This document shows positions 1-20,340 of a stretch of 64,000 nucleotides of DNA, in pieces (within the stretch, counting starts at the first letter, position 1; each line of letters starts with the position of its first letter). The DNA is from the human T2T-CHM13v2.0 reference genome, Homo sapiens, in assembly GCF_009914755.1 (NCBI RefSeq), contig NC_060939.1; one strand, written 5' to 3'. The notes beneath the pieces were generated by a model. It was not told the DNA's origin. It was given only the letters and a program-made list of their open reading frames with translations, and ran no database searches. The position numbers and the translations under genes were made by a program.

Positions 1-305
1 CTGGAAGTTCTGAGGGAGAATCTATTCCATGACCTTCTCCAGCTTCTAGTGGTTGCTGGCAACCTTAGCATTCCTTCCTTTGCCATTTTCACATGGCATT
101 TTCTCCTCTATGGGTGTGCATCTTCTCCATTCTTATGAGGACATGAGTTATACTGGATTAGGGCCTACCTTAATCAAGTAAGACCTTACTTTATCTTTGA
201 TTACATCTGCAAACAACCTATTTCCAAATAAGATCACACTCAGAGGTACTGCAGATTAGAATTTAAACCTATCAAAATTCTTGGAAGAAAAAATCACCTA
301 TCACA
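1..305 (-). mobile_element. MaLR LTR fragment (MLT1-type)
   Basis: cctatttccaaataagatcacactcagaggtactg and terminal cctatcaca resemble the reverse complement of the MLT1 5' end. Confidence 0.7.
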
Positions 306-2330
<2,025 letters not shown>

Positions 2331-5191
2331 TGCTTAACAGAACCAATAAAAAGATTTACTTACTGAAGCTACCATCCTATTTAACTTACAATAAATAAAC
2401 AATAATTTACATTAATTTATAATCTGCTTAATTTAACTGGCCCACCTATGAACAGTATATTTGGACAACCTTATTCATTAAATATCCTACCTTTTCTTTC
2501 CAAAATAAATAAATAAATAAAAGAAGTTGCCAAGAGAATACTTAAAGATTATCTCTATCACCAAGAGCCTTCAGATGAGCCAGTAAAATTTCAGAAGTTA
2601 TTAATACTAATAACATATAACAACCAGACAACAGATCCTATTTAAAGCCTTTTATGTTTAAGAACCTAGTTTTTGCAGGTCCCTGGTTCTACTTTCTTCT
2701 GGAGCAAAAAGGTATAGAAAAGGCTTTCCTGTTTTGAAGCTAGTAAGGAGTTCAAAAACATTCACACATTTTTCACCCACCTCCTATGTTCCTCACAAAA
2801 GGTAAATTATATCATAGAGGTGAATAGGTAGAATAGAAAGAAATGAGAAAGAACACATTTAAGGAAACCCTCCAACAAAAAAGTCACCAAAAACTAATCA
2901 CAGTGATTACTAATGTCAAATATTCTCAATTAAAATTTTACAATGTGTATAACTGAAAAATAATACTAATTCAGCCCATTTCAAAATGTTTAATGTTACT
3001 GAGCTTTAAAATATATAACTGATTAATAGTTAATTGCCAACTTTTATATTTGTAAACCTATTAAGGTCATTTTTATCTTATATAATCATTTGGACCATAA
3101 GCAACAACTTACACTACTTTTTTCACTATTAAAAAACATTATCTTTTTAACAATAGAAAAACTCATAAACCATCATAATTAAAGAATTCAATGACAGTTT
3201 TCGATATTTGAAAAGTGTGCTAGGGCCGGGCATGGTGGCTCATTCCTATAATACCCGCACTTTGGGAGGCCTAGGCAAGAGGATTACTTGAGCCCAAGAG
3301 CTCAAGGCTGCAGTAAGCTATGATCATGCCACTGCACTCCAGCCTGGGTGACAGAGCAAGACTCTGTCTCAAAAAAAACTTTGTTTACTAGGCCTATACG
3401 AAAAAGGAAAAAAAGGCAGGGGGAACTACGCTAGCAAAAACAATTCTTTCAAGAAGTGAAATTTCAATAAAACATTGAATAAAAAAGGATACGGATATAC
3501 AAAAAAGGGCGTTTCCATTTGTCTTTGTGTATTAAATAAAATATATGTTGTATATTAAATAAGATATGCATGATCATATTTGAAAAAATTAATAAATGCA
3601 GTATATGGCATATATGTGAATTATCTCTTGATCCCAGAACAATGTACATAATAATAAATAATTGGGCTCCAAAATACTGTGGCCATTAAGAATGGGAATA
3701 AAATGATCCACATGATAGTCAAATTCAACTGTTTCTCTAGCAAAAGAAGTATATACAGCTGTCCTTCCTTGTGGTCAGTATATGGAAAAAGCAGAGGGGA
3801 AGGGAGGAGAGAGGCATCCCACAACCAAGAAAATGGGAACTCAACCCTCAGTGCAGCTGTTCAACCACTCATCTCACAGGCCTCTCATTCCATCTCTCTC
3901 TTTCCCTAAGTCCTTATATCTTTCTCATGTGTGTCATTTTGCTTCCAAGTCGGCTAAAACTGGAAGGCACAGGAAGGTAATTTGCATCTGTAGGCAGCCC
4001 ACACCAGGGACAGACTATGGGATTTCTCAAAGTCAAGACCTTGCGAGTTCTATGCTTCAATGACTTAAGGATAATTTGGGAAATTAGACTGGAGTAACTT
4101 TTATTGGACTAATTAGTGATTTTAAACTACAGTTTGTGGAGGTCCTTTTAGGGAGTCCTTGTAGAAAGGAAGGGGGAAATGGCAATAGAATCAGTTTCAT
4201 TTTATCTGCTTTAAAAAATGAGCTTCTTATAAGAATTTGGGACTTCTGAAGCTTTTTAACAAGGTTTGGAAATTACCAAATTAAGCCATTTTGCAAGTCC
4301 CAACTCCCAGGTAAAGTCTATGAGCTAGATTACCATCAACAACTTTTCTAGTAAAGAAGGCATTAAATGGTCCTATATAAAGACAATTTGCTTCTTGACG
4401 TGGTTATGATCTGAGAGAAAAGATACCGTTTTGCTTTGCCAATCTATTTAATCCACAGACACACACAATAAGTAGTGACACAACTAGAAGGCCTATAAGT
4501 AAAACATTTCCTTTGTTAAATCATATGATTAAAGGTCATCTGTATAAAAAATATCTTTATATAAATACCCTGAGCATTTCTGGGTGATCTTGGTGTGCAA
4601 AATATATTTACCTGAACCATTGCCACTGACCATTTACTGTTTTTCTGAAGGCGGAAAGGGATGCTTCAGGTACATCTGCCTCTCTGTTCCATTTTTGCTG
4701 GGATTTCACTGCATATGCTTAATGCTGCAAATGGCCAGATTTTCTTTTGTCTCTGTCTCAGTTAAATTTTCAACTCTCTTATCTACCAGCGTAAGTCTGG
4801 TTTCCTTAGTCACTCAGGTTTTAATGTCATCACATTCCACTTTCCAGAAAAATCAGACCATTAAATAGCTGTCTTCTGGCCCACTTGAAGATATTTTCCA
4901 AACTCTCAAGTCGCCAGAGGAAGAGAACTTTAACAAGTAAAGCATTACTGAACTAGAAGGAACCTAGATAGGTCAAGCCTCTGCCCTCAAGCAAGAACAT
5001 GCAGAAATCACATTGCACCAGTCTGTCCTACGGCTAGGTTCTGGGGTTATGTTTACTCTTCACCTAAGTTAACCATTATTTTTTCCTTTATAAGCACAAA
5101 TTTCCAATTTCTTAATCATTGTCATGGTCTGTTTTAAATTTCCTAAATTCCCCACCAGCTTTTTTAATGGTTATAATCAAAATGAATGTAG

Positions 5192-5478
<287 letters not shown>

Positions 5479-6377
5479 TAATCCATCTGCCTTGGCCTCC
5501 CAAAGTGCTAGGATTACAAGTGTGAGCCACTGGGCCTGGCCAAATGTTTTAAATAAAATGAAAATAAAAACAGTCACCTTGATAGTTCCTTCCCAGGATA
5601 AACTTATTTCTTTAAGTACAACTCTAAGTGGCACTTATTGTTACATTTGTCTGTCCTGCAATATGTCCACAGAGAGCTACTTTTGCTCCTTGCACCACTA
5701 AATTGCCAACATTCATTTAACAGTGTTTCCTGAGTAGTTACTGAGTTCCAGCACTGGATCAGGCATTGGGAATACAAAGACCAATAAGCCAAGGGCCCAG
5801 GCCTCAAGAACTCACAGTGCTGTGGGAAACACGGAGAAGTAAACATATATAGTGTGATATCAGCTACTATAAAACATTCACAAGATGTTACGGAAGCACA
5901 GAAAAAACATCACCAATGGGGGAGAAGGGGGAATGGGGGACATCTTCAGGACCAGGCTTGTGAGCCAGTGGGAAGCAGGAGGATGACATCACAGGCTGAG
6001 GGAAGAGTATGTACGAGGACCCATGAGCGAGAAACAGTTCTGCTCTAGATGTAGACTCACGGCCTGAGATGAGCCTACTGAAGGAACGGCTGCTATCTTC
6101 CGCCTGCTGACTCTTCCCAACCTCAAGAACAGAGGGAACTCACATTATCCCCTGCCTTGGTATTAGCAAAGAACGTGCTTCTAACCAAGAGATAACAGCT
6201 GTTCAAAACAAAACCCGGGGAGATCAACAATGGGAAATTTTAAAAAAGAAAAACACATTTAGCTGGGCACAGTGGCTCACGCCTGCAATCCCAGCACTCT
6301 GGGAGGCCAACATGGGCGGATCACCTGAGGTCAGGAATTTGAGACCAGCCTGGCCAACATGGCAAAACCCCATCTCA

Positions 6378-6542
<165 letters not shown>

Positions 6543-6574
6543 TCATTAAAAAAAAAAAAAAAAAAAAAAAAAAC

Positions 6575-7378
6575 CACGTTTGAGGATTCTGGGAAGATGG
6601 CAGCAGCAGCAGTATGGTTTTCCCAGGTCCCCTGATAAAAAATACAAAGAGCAACTAGGGTAACAAAATCAAAAATCCATGGGAAACAGCCACAAAAGCC
6701 TAGGTGACAAAGTATCTCCACAAAGTCCCAAAGATGAACAGGTACAAATCACCAATAGTCACAAGACCTGTAAGGTAGGTACCAGTGTCTGTGAGAGGAA
6801 GCAGAGATGGGATCAATGCAGCATCTGACAGACCTGGGCATCCCAAAACAAACAACAGGCACTCAACTGGAAAGTTCAGCGGGCCCATCTGGGAACAGCG
6901 GCTAAATATGTTGGGTCTACTCCAACAGCTGGTGAGTTCAAGGAATTTGCAGCTAAGGCTGAAGGAGCTGAGAATGTGGCCCCTTGACCTCTCAAAACTA
7001 ACTGGCCAAAAGCTCTTTTGCCAGACAAAACTCCACTCTGAAGAAAAACTCCTGGGGGCAGAATTCAAATTGAGCAGAAGAGGAATAATAAAAGATAAAC
7101 AGAAAGGAAGGGTCAGATACAGGGGGTGAGGGGTGCCGGATTTGAGAAGCAGGGACCATCTTTTTAATCACTTCAAGACAACAGAAGACTTCTGGTACTC
7201 TAGAGTCCTGAAGCCTGAAAAGCTGTCCTTAACAGTGTGTCTCCCTTCTAAAAGCTGGGAAAACTGGCTTTCCATGAAGATGAGCAACAACAAAGGATCA
7301 CAGTCAAATCCCATTCAAAGCTGTTATCATAAGGAAAAAGATAACAAAGGAGCACTTTTTAAAAAATTCCACAAAATA
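6575..7378 (+). mobile_element. Probable old L1M 5' region
   Basis: Begins gaggattctgggaagatggc (YY1-like L1 start) followed by purine-rich L1-like sequence; heavily decayed. Confidence 0.4.
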
Positions 7379-7753
<375 letters not shown>

Positions 7754-8104
7754 CTAACTAAAAATTCCACCCTCGGTCTTTAGGAGCTAAGAATAAAAAA
7801 GTAACAGTTGTCAGCTCTCAGTCTTGCTCAGAAACAGCAACACATGAGGGAAAAAAAAGTGGGTAGAGAGACTCTAACAGACAAAAAGGTAAACCAACCC
7901 ACAAAGCTAATGTTCAATGACACGTCTCACACGGATCTTCACTCCATCCCTTTCCTTCTCCAAGTCCTTATATCTTTCTCATAGGTGTTATTTTATTTCA
8001 AAGATAAAATGATAAAAATGAGAGGCATGAAAGAGTAATTACCATTCGTTAGCAGAATCAACAATTGGAGACAGTACATTCCTGGCTCCTTAGATGCACT
8101 CTTA

Positions 8105-8347
<243 letters not shown>

Positions 8348-9782
8348 TTACAGTGAGCCAAGATCGTGCCATTGCACTCCAGCCTGGGCAACAAGAGCAA
8401 AACTCCATCTCAAAAAACAAAAACAAAAACAAAACCGGAAAGCAACTTATCTCTCCTAGGTTCTGCATTAGAATGAAGTGCACAGTACTATCAGATCAAC
8501 AAAACAACAGACTTTTAAAAATCTTATTATGTAGTAAACTTACAATACTAATAGACACTGAGTTGGGCTCGCATGGGTACTGACCTCTCCATCTCACCTG
8601 GTCAATTATCTGCTTCCTGGTACTTGATTCTCTGCATGTGGCCACATGACTCTTTTTTCTTACAAATTTCCCCCTTTCCCTTCATACCACACTTCAGTCA
8701 AAAGTATCTCAGCAATATTTATCTCCTGGGCTACAAAATGTAACCTGAATCTTTAAAAAATATTACCAACAGGAGTTTTTGATCCAGTCAACAAACTTTT
8801 CTCCACTAACTAAAGCCAAGTGTCTCTGCCTGCTTGTATGCTATGGAGTATGTAATCAGAAACAAATTAAATACTCAGAGAATTCCCTTCTCTGGTGAGT
8901 GGTCCATTTTAAACCAGCGTAACCGTTTGGTCAAAAACAAAAGGTTTGTTTCTTCTTCACATTCAGAGTTCTAGACCATTACCTTCTAAATAACTCAGGT
9001 TCACCAAAATATCACTTGCCAACACCCACGTGTGGTGGCACACGCCTGTAATTGCAGCACTTTGGGAGGCCAAGGTGGGTGGATTACTAGAGCCCAGGAA
9101 TTCAAGATCAGCCCGGACAACATGGCAAAACCCCATCTCTACAAAAAAGTACCAAAAATTAGCCAGGCATGGTGGCACATCCCTGTAGTCCATCCCTGTA
9201 GTACTCAGGAGGCTGAGGTGGGAGGATCACCTCAGCCTGGGGAGGTCAAGGCTGTAATGAGCTGTGATTATGCCACTGCATTCCTGGATGACAGAATGAG
9301 ACTCTGTCTCAAGGGGAAAAAAAAAAGGTATCATTTGACAAAGCTTCTCACCTACAATGAATCCAACCACCCGTCTCAAATCCACCCACTCTGTTCACCT
9401 ATTAACAATTCATCCAAAAGCCTAGAACTGAGCTCTCATACAAAATGAAACAAAGCAAAGCAAACACCACCACCCCATTTTAAACAGCATGGAGATCTCA
9501 TCCCTGTTCCATAAAGTTAAGCAGATTCCCCAAAGAATGACATTTCAAAAGAGAAAATATCAATCACCTAAGATTTTTCAGGTAATGTCCCTATCCCCAC
9601 ATAACTACCCATTCTCGTAAGATGCCAATTAACCAAGATAAGTGATTTCAGTATGATTTTTTTTTTGTTTTTTTTTTTTTTGTTTGAGACAGGGTCTTGC
9701 TATGTCATCCAGGCCGGAGTGCAGTAGTGCGATCAGCTTATTGCAACCTCCATCTCCCAGTTCAAGCAATTCTCCTGCCTGA

Positions 9783-9953
<171 letters not shown>

Positions 9954-10013
9954 TGAGCCTGGCCAGTAAGCCTAAGGTTCTAAAATTATTAAAAACTCCA
10001 TTGTCTAGCAACT

Positions 10014-12071
10014 AAGTAATGCACCACATACCATTTTGGTCAACAATGGACCATATTTACAACAGTGGTCCCATAAGGTTATAATGGAGCTGAAAATAAT
10101 GTCATAGTGCACAGCATTATTCACAGGTCTGTGGCGATACTGATGTAAACAAACCTACTACATTACCAGTCATATAAAAGTCCAGCACATACAATTATGT
10201 ACACTACATAATACTGACAATGATACTAAATGGTTTATGTATTTACTATATTATACTTTTTACCATTATTTTAGAGTACAGTCATTCTACTTACTTCTTA
10301 AAAAAGCTAACTGTAAGCCTCAAGCAGGTCCTTCAGGAGCTATTCCAAAAGAAGGCATTGTTACATAGGAGATGACAGCTCCATGCATTTTGCTGACCCT
10401 AAAGACCTTCCAGTGGTACAAGATGTGGAGGTGGAAGACAGTGATATTGTGTCCGGAATTTATTCCTTCTTGTGGGTTCTCGGTCTCACTAACTTCAAGA
10501 ATGAAGCCGCAGACCGTCGCGGTGTGTTACAGTTCTTAAAGATGGTGTGTCCAGAGTTTGTTCCTTCAGATGTTCAGATGTGTTGAGTTTCTTCCTTCCG
10601 GTGGGTTCGTGGTCTCCCTGACTTCAGAAGTGAAGCCACATACCTTCGCAGTGAGTGTTACAGTTTTTAAAGGTAGTGCGTCCAGAGTTGTTTGTTTCTC
10701 CCGGTGGGTTCGTGGTCTCGCTGACTTCAGGAAAGAAGCCGCAGACCCTCGTGGTGAGTGTTACAGCTCATAAAGGTAGTGCAGACCCAAAGAGTGTGCA
10801 GCAGCAAGACTTATTGTGAAGAGTGAAAGAACAAAGCTTCCACAGAATGGAAAGGGACTCAAGTGGGTTGCTGCTGCTGGCTGGGGTGACCAGCTTTTAT
10901 TCCCTTATTTGGCCCTGCCCACGTCCTACTGATTGGTCCATTTTACAGAGTGCTAATTGGTCCATTTACAGAGTGCTGATTGGTGCATTTACAATCATTT
11001 AGCTAGACACAGACCACTGATTGGTGCATTTTTACAGAGTGCTGATCAGTGCATTTAATAATCCTTTAGCTAAACACAGAGTGCTGATTGGTGCATTTTT
11101 ACAGAGTGCTGATTGGTGTTTTTTACAATCCTTCAGCTAGACACAGAGTGCTGATTGGTGTGTTTTTACAGAGTGCTCATTGGTGCATCTACAATCTAAC
11201 TAGACACAGAGCGCTGATTGGTGCGTTTTTTTTACAGAGTGCTGATTGGTGCATTTTCAATCCTTTAGCTAGACACAGAGTGCTGATTGGTGCATTTACA
11301 ATCCTCTAGCTAGACAGAAAAGTTCTCCAAGTCCCCACTCAACCCAGTAAGTCCAGCTGGCTTCACCGCTTACTATTGATGATCCTGACCCTGTGTAGGC
11401 CTAGGCTAATGGATGTAATTGTTTGTGTCTTCATTTTTAAGAAAAATCTTTTAAAAGTAGAAAAGTATTTTTAAAATAGAAAACAAAAGCTTATAAAGAT
11501 ATATTTTGGTACAGCTGTACAATGTGTTTGTTTTAAGCTAAGTGTTATTACAAGAGTCAAAAAGGTAAAAATATTTAAAAGTTTATAAAGTAAGAAAATT
11601 ACAGTAAACTAGGGCTAATTATTTAAAAAAAGCATAAGTTTAGTGTAGCCTAAGTGTACAGTGTTTATAAAGTCTATAGTAGTGTACAGTAATGTCCTAG
11701 GCCTTCCTATTCACTCACCACTCACTCACTGACTCACTCAGAGCAACTTTCAGTCCTGCAAGCTCCATTCATGGAAAGCACCCCATACAGGTTTACCATT
11801 TCTCATCCTATACACAGTAATTTTACTGTACCTTTTTTATGTTTAGACACACAAATACTTACCATTGTGTTATAACTGTCTACAGTATCCAGTACCGTAA
11901 CATGCTGTACAGGTTTGTAGCCCAGGAGCAATATGTTATACCATACCGCCTGGGTGTACAGTAGGCTACACCATCTAGGTTTATGTAAGTACCCTCTATG
12001 GTATTGCACAATGACAAGTCACCTAACGACATGTTTCTCAGACTATATCCCCATTAAGCAATACATGACTA
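10014..12071. mobile_element. Tigger3 (Golem-type, TcMar) DNA transposon split by LTR12
   Basis: Ends resemble Tigger3 termini (agtaatgcaccacata...ggtcccataag; ttaagcaatacatgact). The internal gatgtggaggtggaagacagtgatat|tgatgatcctgaccctgtgtaggcctaggctaat is continuous across the LTR. Confidence 0.8.
10448..11372 (-). mobile_element. Solo ERV9 LTR (LTR12 family)
   Basis: Minus strand starts with an ggtgaagccagctggact..ggggacttggagaacttttctgtctagcta motif and ends ggaataaattccggacaca. Tandem CCAAT repeats; 4-bp imperfect TSD atat/ctat. Confidence 0.93.
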
Positions 12072-12215
12072 TTTATTGTAGCAAAACTTAGAAAAATAGA
12101 ATTGCAAAGTCTTAAGCAGTTCTTTTGTATGCAATTACATTTTAATGCATACAACAAGTTCAAAAGAGTCTTGATTTTTTAAACACCTTTTCCATGCCTC
12201 AAAATAGAGGTTTTA

Positions 12216-12561
<346 letters not shown>

Positions 12562-13367
12562 TTACTGATGCCTTTACAAGTTGGTTGCACAATATAAATC
12601 CAAGGAGGCAAATTAGAAATTTGGTTGAAACAATACTATTTCTCTTAAAGCATGTAGATCATCTGGTTTAAGCCTCTAAGCACCTATCCTTGTTAACTAA
12701 AGGGTTAATGCCATCATCTGGCAGAACATCCCCTCTTCTCACACCACCTCACAACTCTGAAATGGATTTCAATTCTCACTGCACTTTCATTAGTACTTGC
12801 TCTGACTTACAGATGGGCAGCTGTAACTTCATAAAGCTATGTATGCCTTCATAAAAGCTCCTCATATCACATCATTCAAGCCCCTTGACTGAATTACGAC
12901 CTTACTCTCCTTGTCATGAAAAGCTGTAAATGAAATTAGGCCAAATTTCGTAAGACACAAGATATAATCTCCACATAACTTTTTACTTGTTTTTATAAGA
13001 AAAGGGCCAAACTCCAGCCCTAACCAGTAAAAGCTGTTTGATTTGCCATTTTGTATTAAAAAACAAATGGACCTACCAAAATTCTCTTCCTTTTAAGCAC
13101 CTACCTTATATGGAGACAGTCTATATGCACACACTGACCAAATGGTGAGGAATGAATCACTGGGCCATGCATCTGAAAAGTCTTTTTCTGCATATACACT
13201 TTACCTGACAGAAAATGATTTCATGTATGCTTCTCTAGCTTTCCAGCATCTGAAGCTCCTCTTTTGAATTTATTCTCCTTTTCAGTTCTTCCCCGATGAA
13301 GAGTCTATAAAATGCCTATCTTTTCTCATTTGTGGCCTGGGTGAATTTTTCTACGAAAAAATTGCAT

Positions 13368-14068
<701 letters not shown>

Positions 14069-15077
14069 AGAGCACTTCCACATGGCAACATTAACATGAA
14101 AAAGAAGTGAGCACCCACAGCACTTGTGCAAGCAGCATTCTTAAAGTCCATAGAAAGCAAATGACAACTACTGCAAAATTTGTACTTAGAGAATTCAAGT
14201 GCAAATATTTTGTAGATGGAATAAGACGGCATTGTTTGCAATAAGGACAAGTACATGCATTATATTTAAAACCTACTCCTGCCACATAATGCATGACATT
14301 TGAAAGCTGTTTGGCTGGCATGCCCTTCTTTTCTAGCTGAACGGCTTTCTATTGCTCCTCAGACATCAAATGAATGGCATCATGGCCCCATGTTAGCAAA
14401 AATTCCTTCTTTCCAATCCTGACAATTTTAACCAGAATGGAGAAATAAGAAAACATTTTTCAGAGGCAGAACAATTAACAAGACAATTTTCCCCATGACA
14501 AGACAGAATACTACTATAATCTGCATCTCCCTTCTGCAGCTCTTTTCAATTGTGACCTTTAGGAAGCTCTCCCAACATTAGGGAGGAAAAAATATTTAAT
14601 TAAAAGAAAGGGCAGCAAAGGCGCCTACAGAAGGGAGAAAGCTTTTACCTTGTATTAGAGAAAGGTGGATTTTCTCAAAGCTCCCCATCCATCAGAACAA
14701 AATGCAAATCCCAGGATCAGGACTATGCAGCAGGAAGGGTACACAAACTTTGAGGCTGGGCCACAGCCTGACATGCAAGCCTGAACATCTGCATGCTGGT
14801 AAAATTCCCTTGGAGTTAGAATACTAACATTATGGTTGCCTTACACCTTTTGCATAAGTATGAGATTATCTCTCTGCTTCACAGAATTTTAAAGACTCCA
14901 AGGATTCTGCCCACTGTGATTAAAAAAGGAAAGCATTCCCCCAACACACACACACTCTCCAGCTTACATTTTCCTGACCTTCTGGCTGGAAGGATGAGAT
15001 TTCTCTTGGATTTTTGCTACCTCTGTACCACCACTGCAGCTCTGCTGAAAGCTTGCCTTTGGCTCAAAGCCAGATAG

Positions 15078-15362
<285 letters not shown>

Positions 15363-16552
15363 TCAGAAAAAAAAAAAGGAAAAGAACAATGAGAAACTTA
15401 CCCCTCTCATCCCCCACTCAGGTTGCTACTCCAGGCTTTCACTTCACAATCTGCCAGCTTTTCTTTACTTTTCTGAGTCCTCAGGTAATCTGCCCACTGA
15501 GTTTGGTTGCTATCAGCAAAAGAAATAGGCTGTGGTGGGCTAACCTCATCTTGGCCGAGTCCTCCCTAGTAATCTTAGTAACAGTTGTTGCGGCAGCATC
15601 TCTCTTGGCCACATCACATAATGATAGCCGATACACACCAGAGCTCAGGCACAGCCCACCTCTCACCTTCCTCTTGATGATGCTGTCAGGGTAGAGAAAG
15701 CCTGGTCATTCATTCTTGCAAAACCTGAGATTCAGTGCACAATTTCTTAACCTCCTCTTAGGTGTCACCATTTATTTCAGACTCTAACAAAAGATGGAAG
15801 AAAATAAAAAAACTCTCTGACCTCTGGAACACTGTCCTATTCTTGCCCCTACTCTGTAAGCCTCTGTTGCTTGCCATCCCTTCAATCACGCCAGGCTTAA
15901 AAGGCCAGGTGAGCAGTTAAATATTAAAAGTAAACAGCTGCTTATTGTGTGCTGCTAGCAACTAAAAAGACCTAATCTATACACCTTCAGGCTGTGAAGG
16001 GCATCAAAGAAAGAAAACATGTGTTAGAAATTCTGACAGATGCCACGTTTTTGGCCAGGGAAATTTAAACTCATTCTGGCTCTTTTTATTGATGGCAAAA
16101 TAGAGGACTCTATCCAGAGAGGAGCCCAGAGAGTGGATTTGATTTCAGATGTAAGCTAAACCTCTTCTCCCTTCACTGGTTTTAATCGTAACAGGAAAAG
16201 CATAAAACCTGCTACCAGAAAATAAATGTGAATGTTTCCAGAATACTGCAAGTAATCCCTTGCTTAAACACAAAATCCTTTATTCAATTACACAACAAAT
16301 ATCTACTGAGAGCTGATACTATGCCAGGCATTAGTCAGTGTGCTTGGATTATAGCAGTGAACAAGACCAATTCCATGCACCCATGAAGTTTGCATTCCAC
16401 CAGAGGAGTCAAACAACAAAAAAGGAATACTTTATAATGCTATTATAAATACATAAGACACCATCACTTCAGGTAGTGATAAATGGTATCAAAATAAAGT
16501 AGGTATGAGATGAAGAGTGATGGGCGGCAATCTCTATGAAGAAACCTCTGAA

Positions 16553-17434
<882 letters not shown>

Positions 17435-17907
17435 TTACTAGAGTTTTGGTTGCAAACTATAGAAACCAACTCTGGCTAATTTAGGTAGAAAAGGAATTTA
17501 CTAAAAGAATTTCTAGTAGCTTATAAAATCGACAAGAAGTTTAGAGAAATAGGCTGAATAAAAAACGAGCAGGAAGCAGGCAGCTGAGAACCCAGCCACA
17601 GGAACAATCAGAGAAGTAGACTAGAGTGGTTAGGATGCCATGGTAACTGCCATAGTGAAGACTCTCTTAAGTGTCCCTTCATCCATACATCATTGCTCAA
17701 GACTCGAAGCCTAATAAAGGACGTTATTGGGTCATCTGGTGAAACCTCTGTAAGGTTAAATAGAATTGTAGCAATGTTAATGTCCTGATTTTGATAATTG
17801 TGCAATGGTTATAAAAGATTTCCTTGCTTTTAGGAAATACACATTGAAGTGTTTAGGGGTAAAGACGCATCATATCCACCGCTCAAAGGTTCAGAAGAAA
17901 AAAAAAT

Positions 17908-17990
17908 TGTGTGTGTGTGTTTTTGTTTTGGTTTGGTTTTGCGTGTGTGTGTGTGTTTGTGTGTGTGTTTGTGTGTGTGTGCGCATGTGT
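17908..17990. repeat. Imperfect (TG)n microsatellite
   Basis: gtgtgtgtgt runs seen directly. Confidence 0.9.
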
Positions 17991-19204
17991 AAAGCGGAGG
18001 AAGGAGAAAAAGACAGGCACTGGACCTGTCCAAACTCAAGTGATCATCTTGCCCCACAAAGCCCGTGTTTACACTTACCACACACAATACCACATAATCT
18101 CACCACCCAGAGATAATCCTTACAGTTTTTATGTGCAGTCTTGCCTACCTGTCTTCCCTATTTTTATAATCACAATATATTTGTAGAATCATCTTTTCAA
18201 ATTGGAATATATCTATGTTTCTGATAATACACAACAGTAAAAAATATGAATAAAGGAAAGACAAAGTTCTACATAATCCCTATATTTTCTCTACTCCAAA
18301 CACAGATTAAGTTTGATATTCTTCTACCCTTTTCAGAGTTTTAAATGCATACATATACCTTATAATTTCCACATATTGTCATTTTTTTTTTACTTAAAAG
18401 TCTTATGACATCTTCCCAGTTTTATGAGAAAAGAATATACATCAAATGTTAACAGTGGTTATTTCTGGATGATGATACTAAAGGGCACTTTTATTTTCTT
18501 CTTGGTATTTTTCCTACTATGTGACAGCAAAATAGATGAAGCTTTTAACCTCAGGGTGTAACTTTTAACCTTAGGATATAACTTTTAACCTTTTATATTA
18601 AAGGGGAGGAAAGGAAACACGGATTAATTTTGATGACAAGGGGAGATATGTTGAGAAAGGTCATACTTGAGATGAGTTTGGAATTGAAGAAATCATATAA
18701 GGAAATCAGGAGGTAATGTGTGTCAATCACATATAAGCTGACGTCACCCAGGATGTAGTAAAAAATATAAACTATAAATCAGGTACTCAAATTTTCCAAG
18801 GAATGATGAAAACAGGCCCATGAAAAGATAGACAATCAGAACAAGGATCACTGAGGACAAGAGGAAAAAAAATGATAGACTATCACATTTCACTAAGTAA
18901 CTAAATCACTAGTTTTTGCCTTCTTAATACACTGATATGGATATGTGATCAATTCCAAATTGACAGTTTCAGAAAAAGTAAGTCGCTCACATTAAATATT
19001 AAAAACTTCCCCTGCGGTCTTTTGTTCAACCTTAAGAGAGTTCTGTGCTTTGGCTGAGCCAAAAACTCTGTTGTTCCAAAGACTAGAACTGTGGCCTACG
19101 TATAATAGAATTAAAGAGTGACATGATGTGTTTTGTCCCAAAGGAAGAAGTTTCTAACAATTAGAGATGCCCAAGAGTGGCAATGGCTGCTTCAAAAAAT
19201 AGAA

Positions 19205-20340
<1,136 letters not shown>

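Noticed and set aside
10930-11310. Regularly spaced repeats (acagagtgctgattggtg) resembling a CRISPR array
   Set aside because: The intervening segments are themselves repeated rather than unique spacers; this is the CCAAT tandem region of an ERV9 LTR12 in primate DNA, with no cas genes.
15389-15694. 101-aa ORF with a hydrophobic stretch
   Set aside because: It starts in an Alu TSD/tail region with no promoter, splice or homology support; consistent with a chance ORF.
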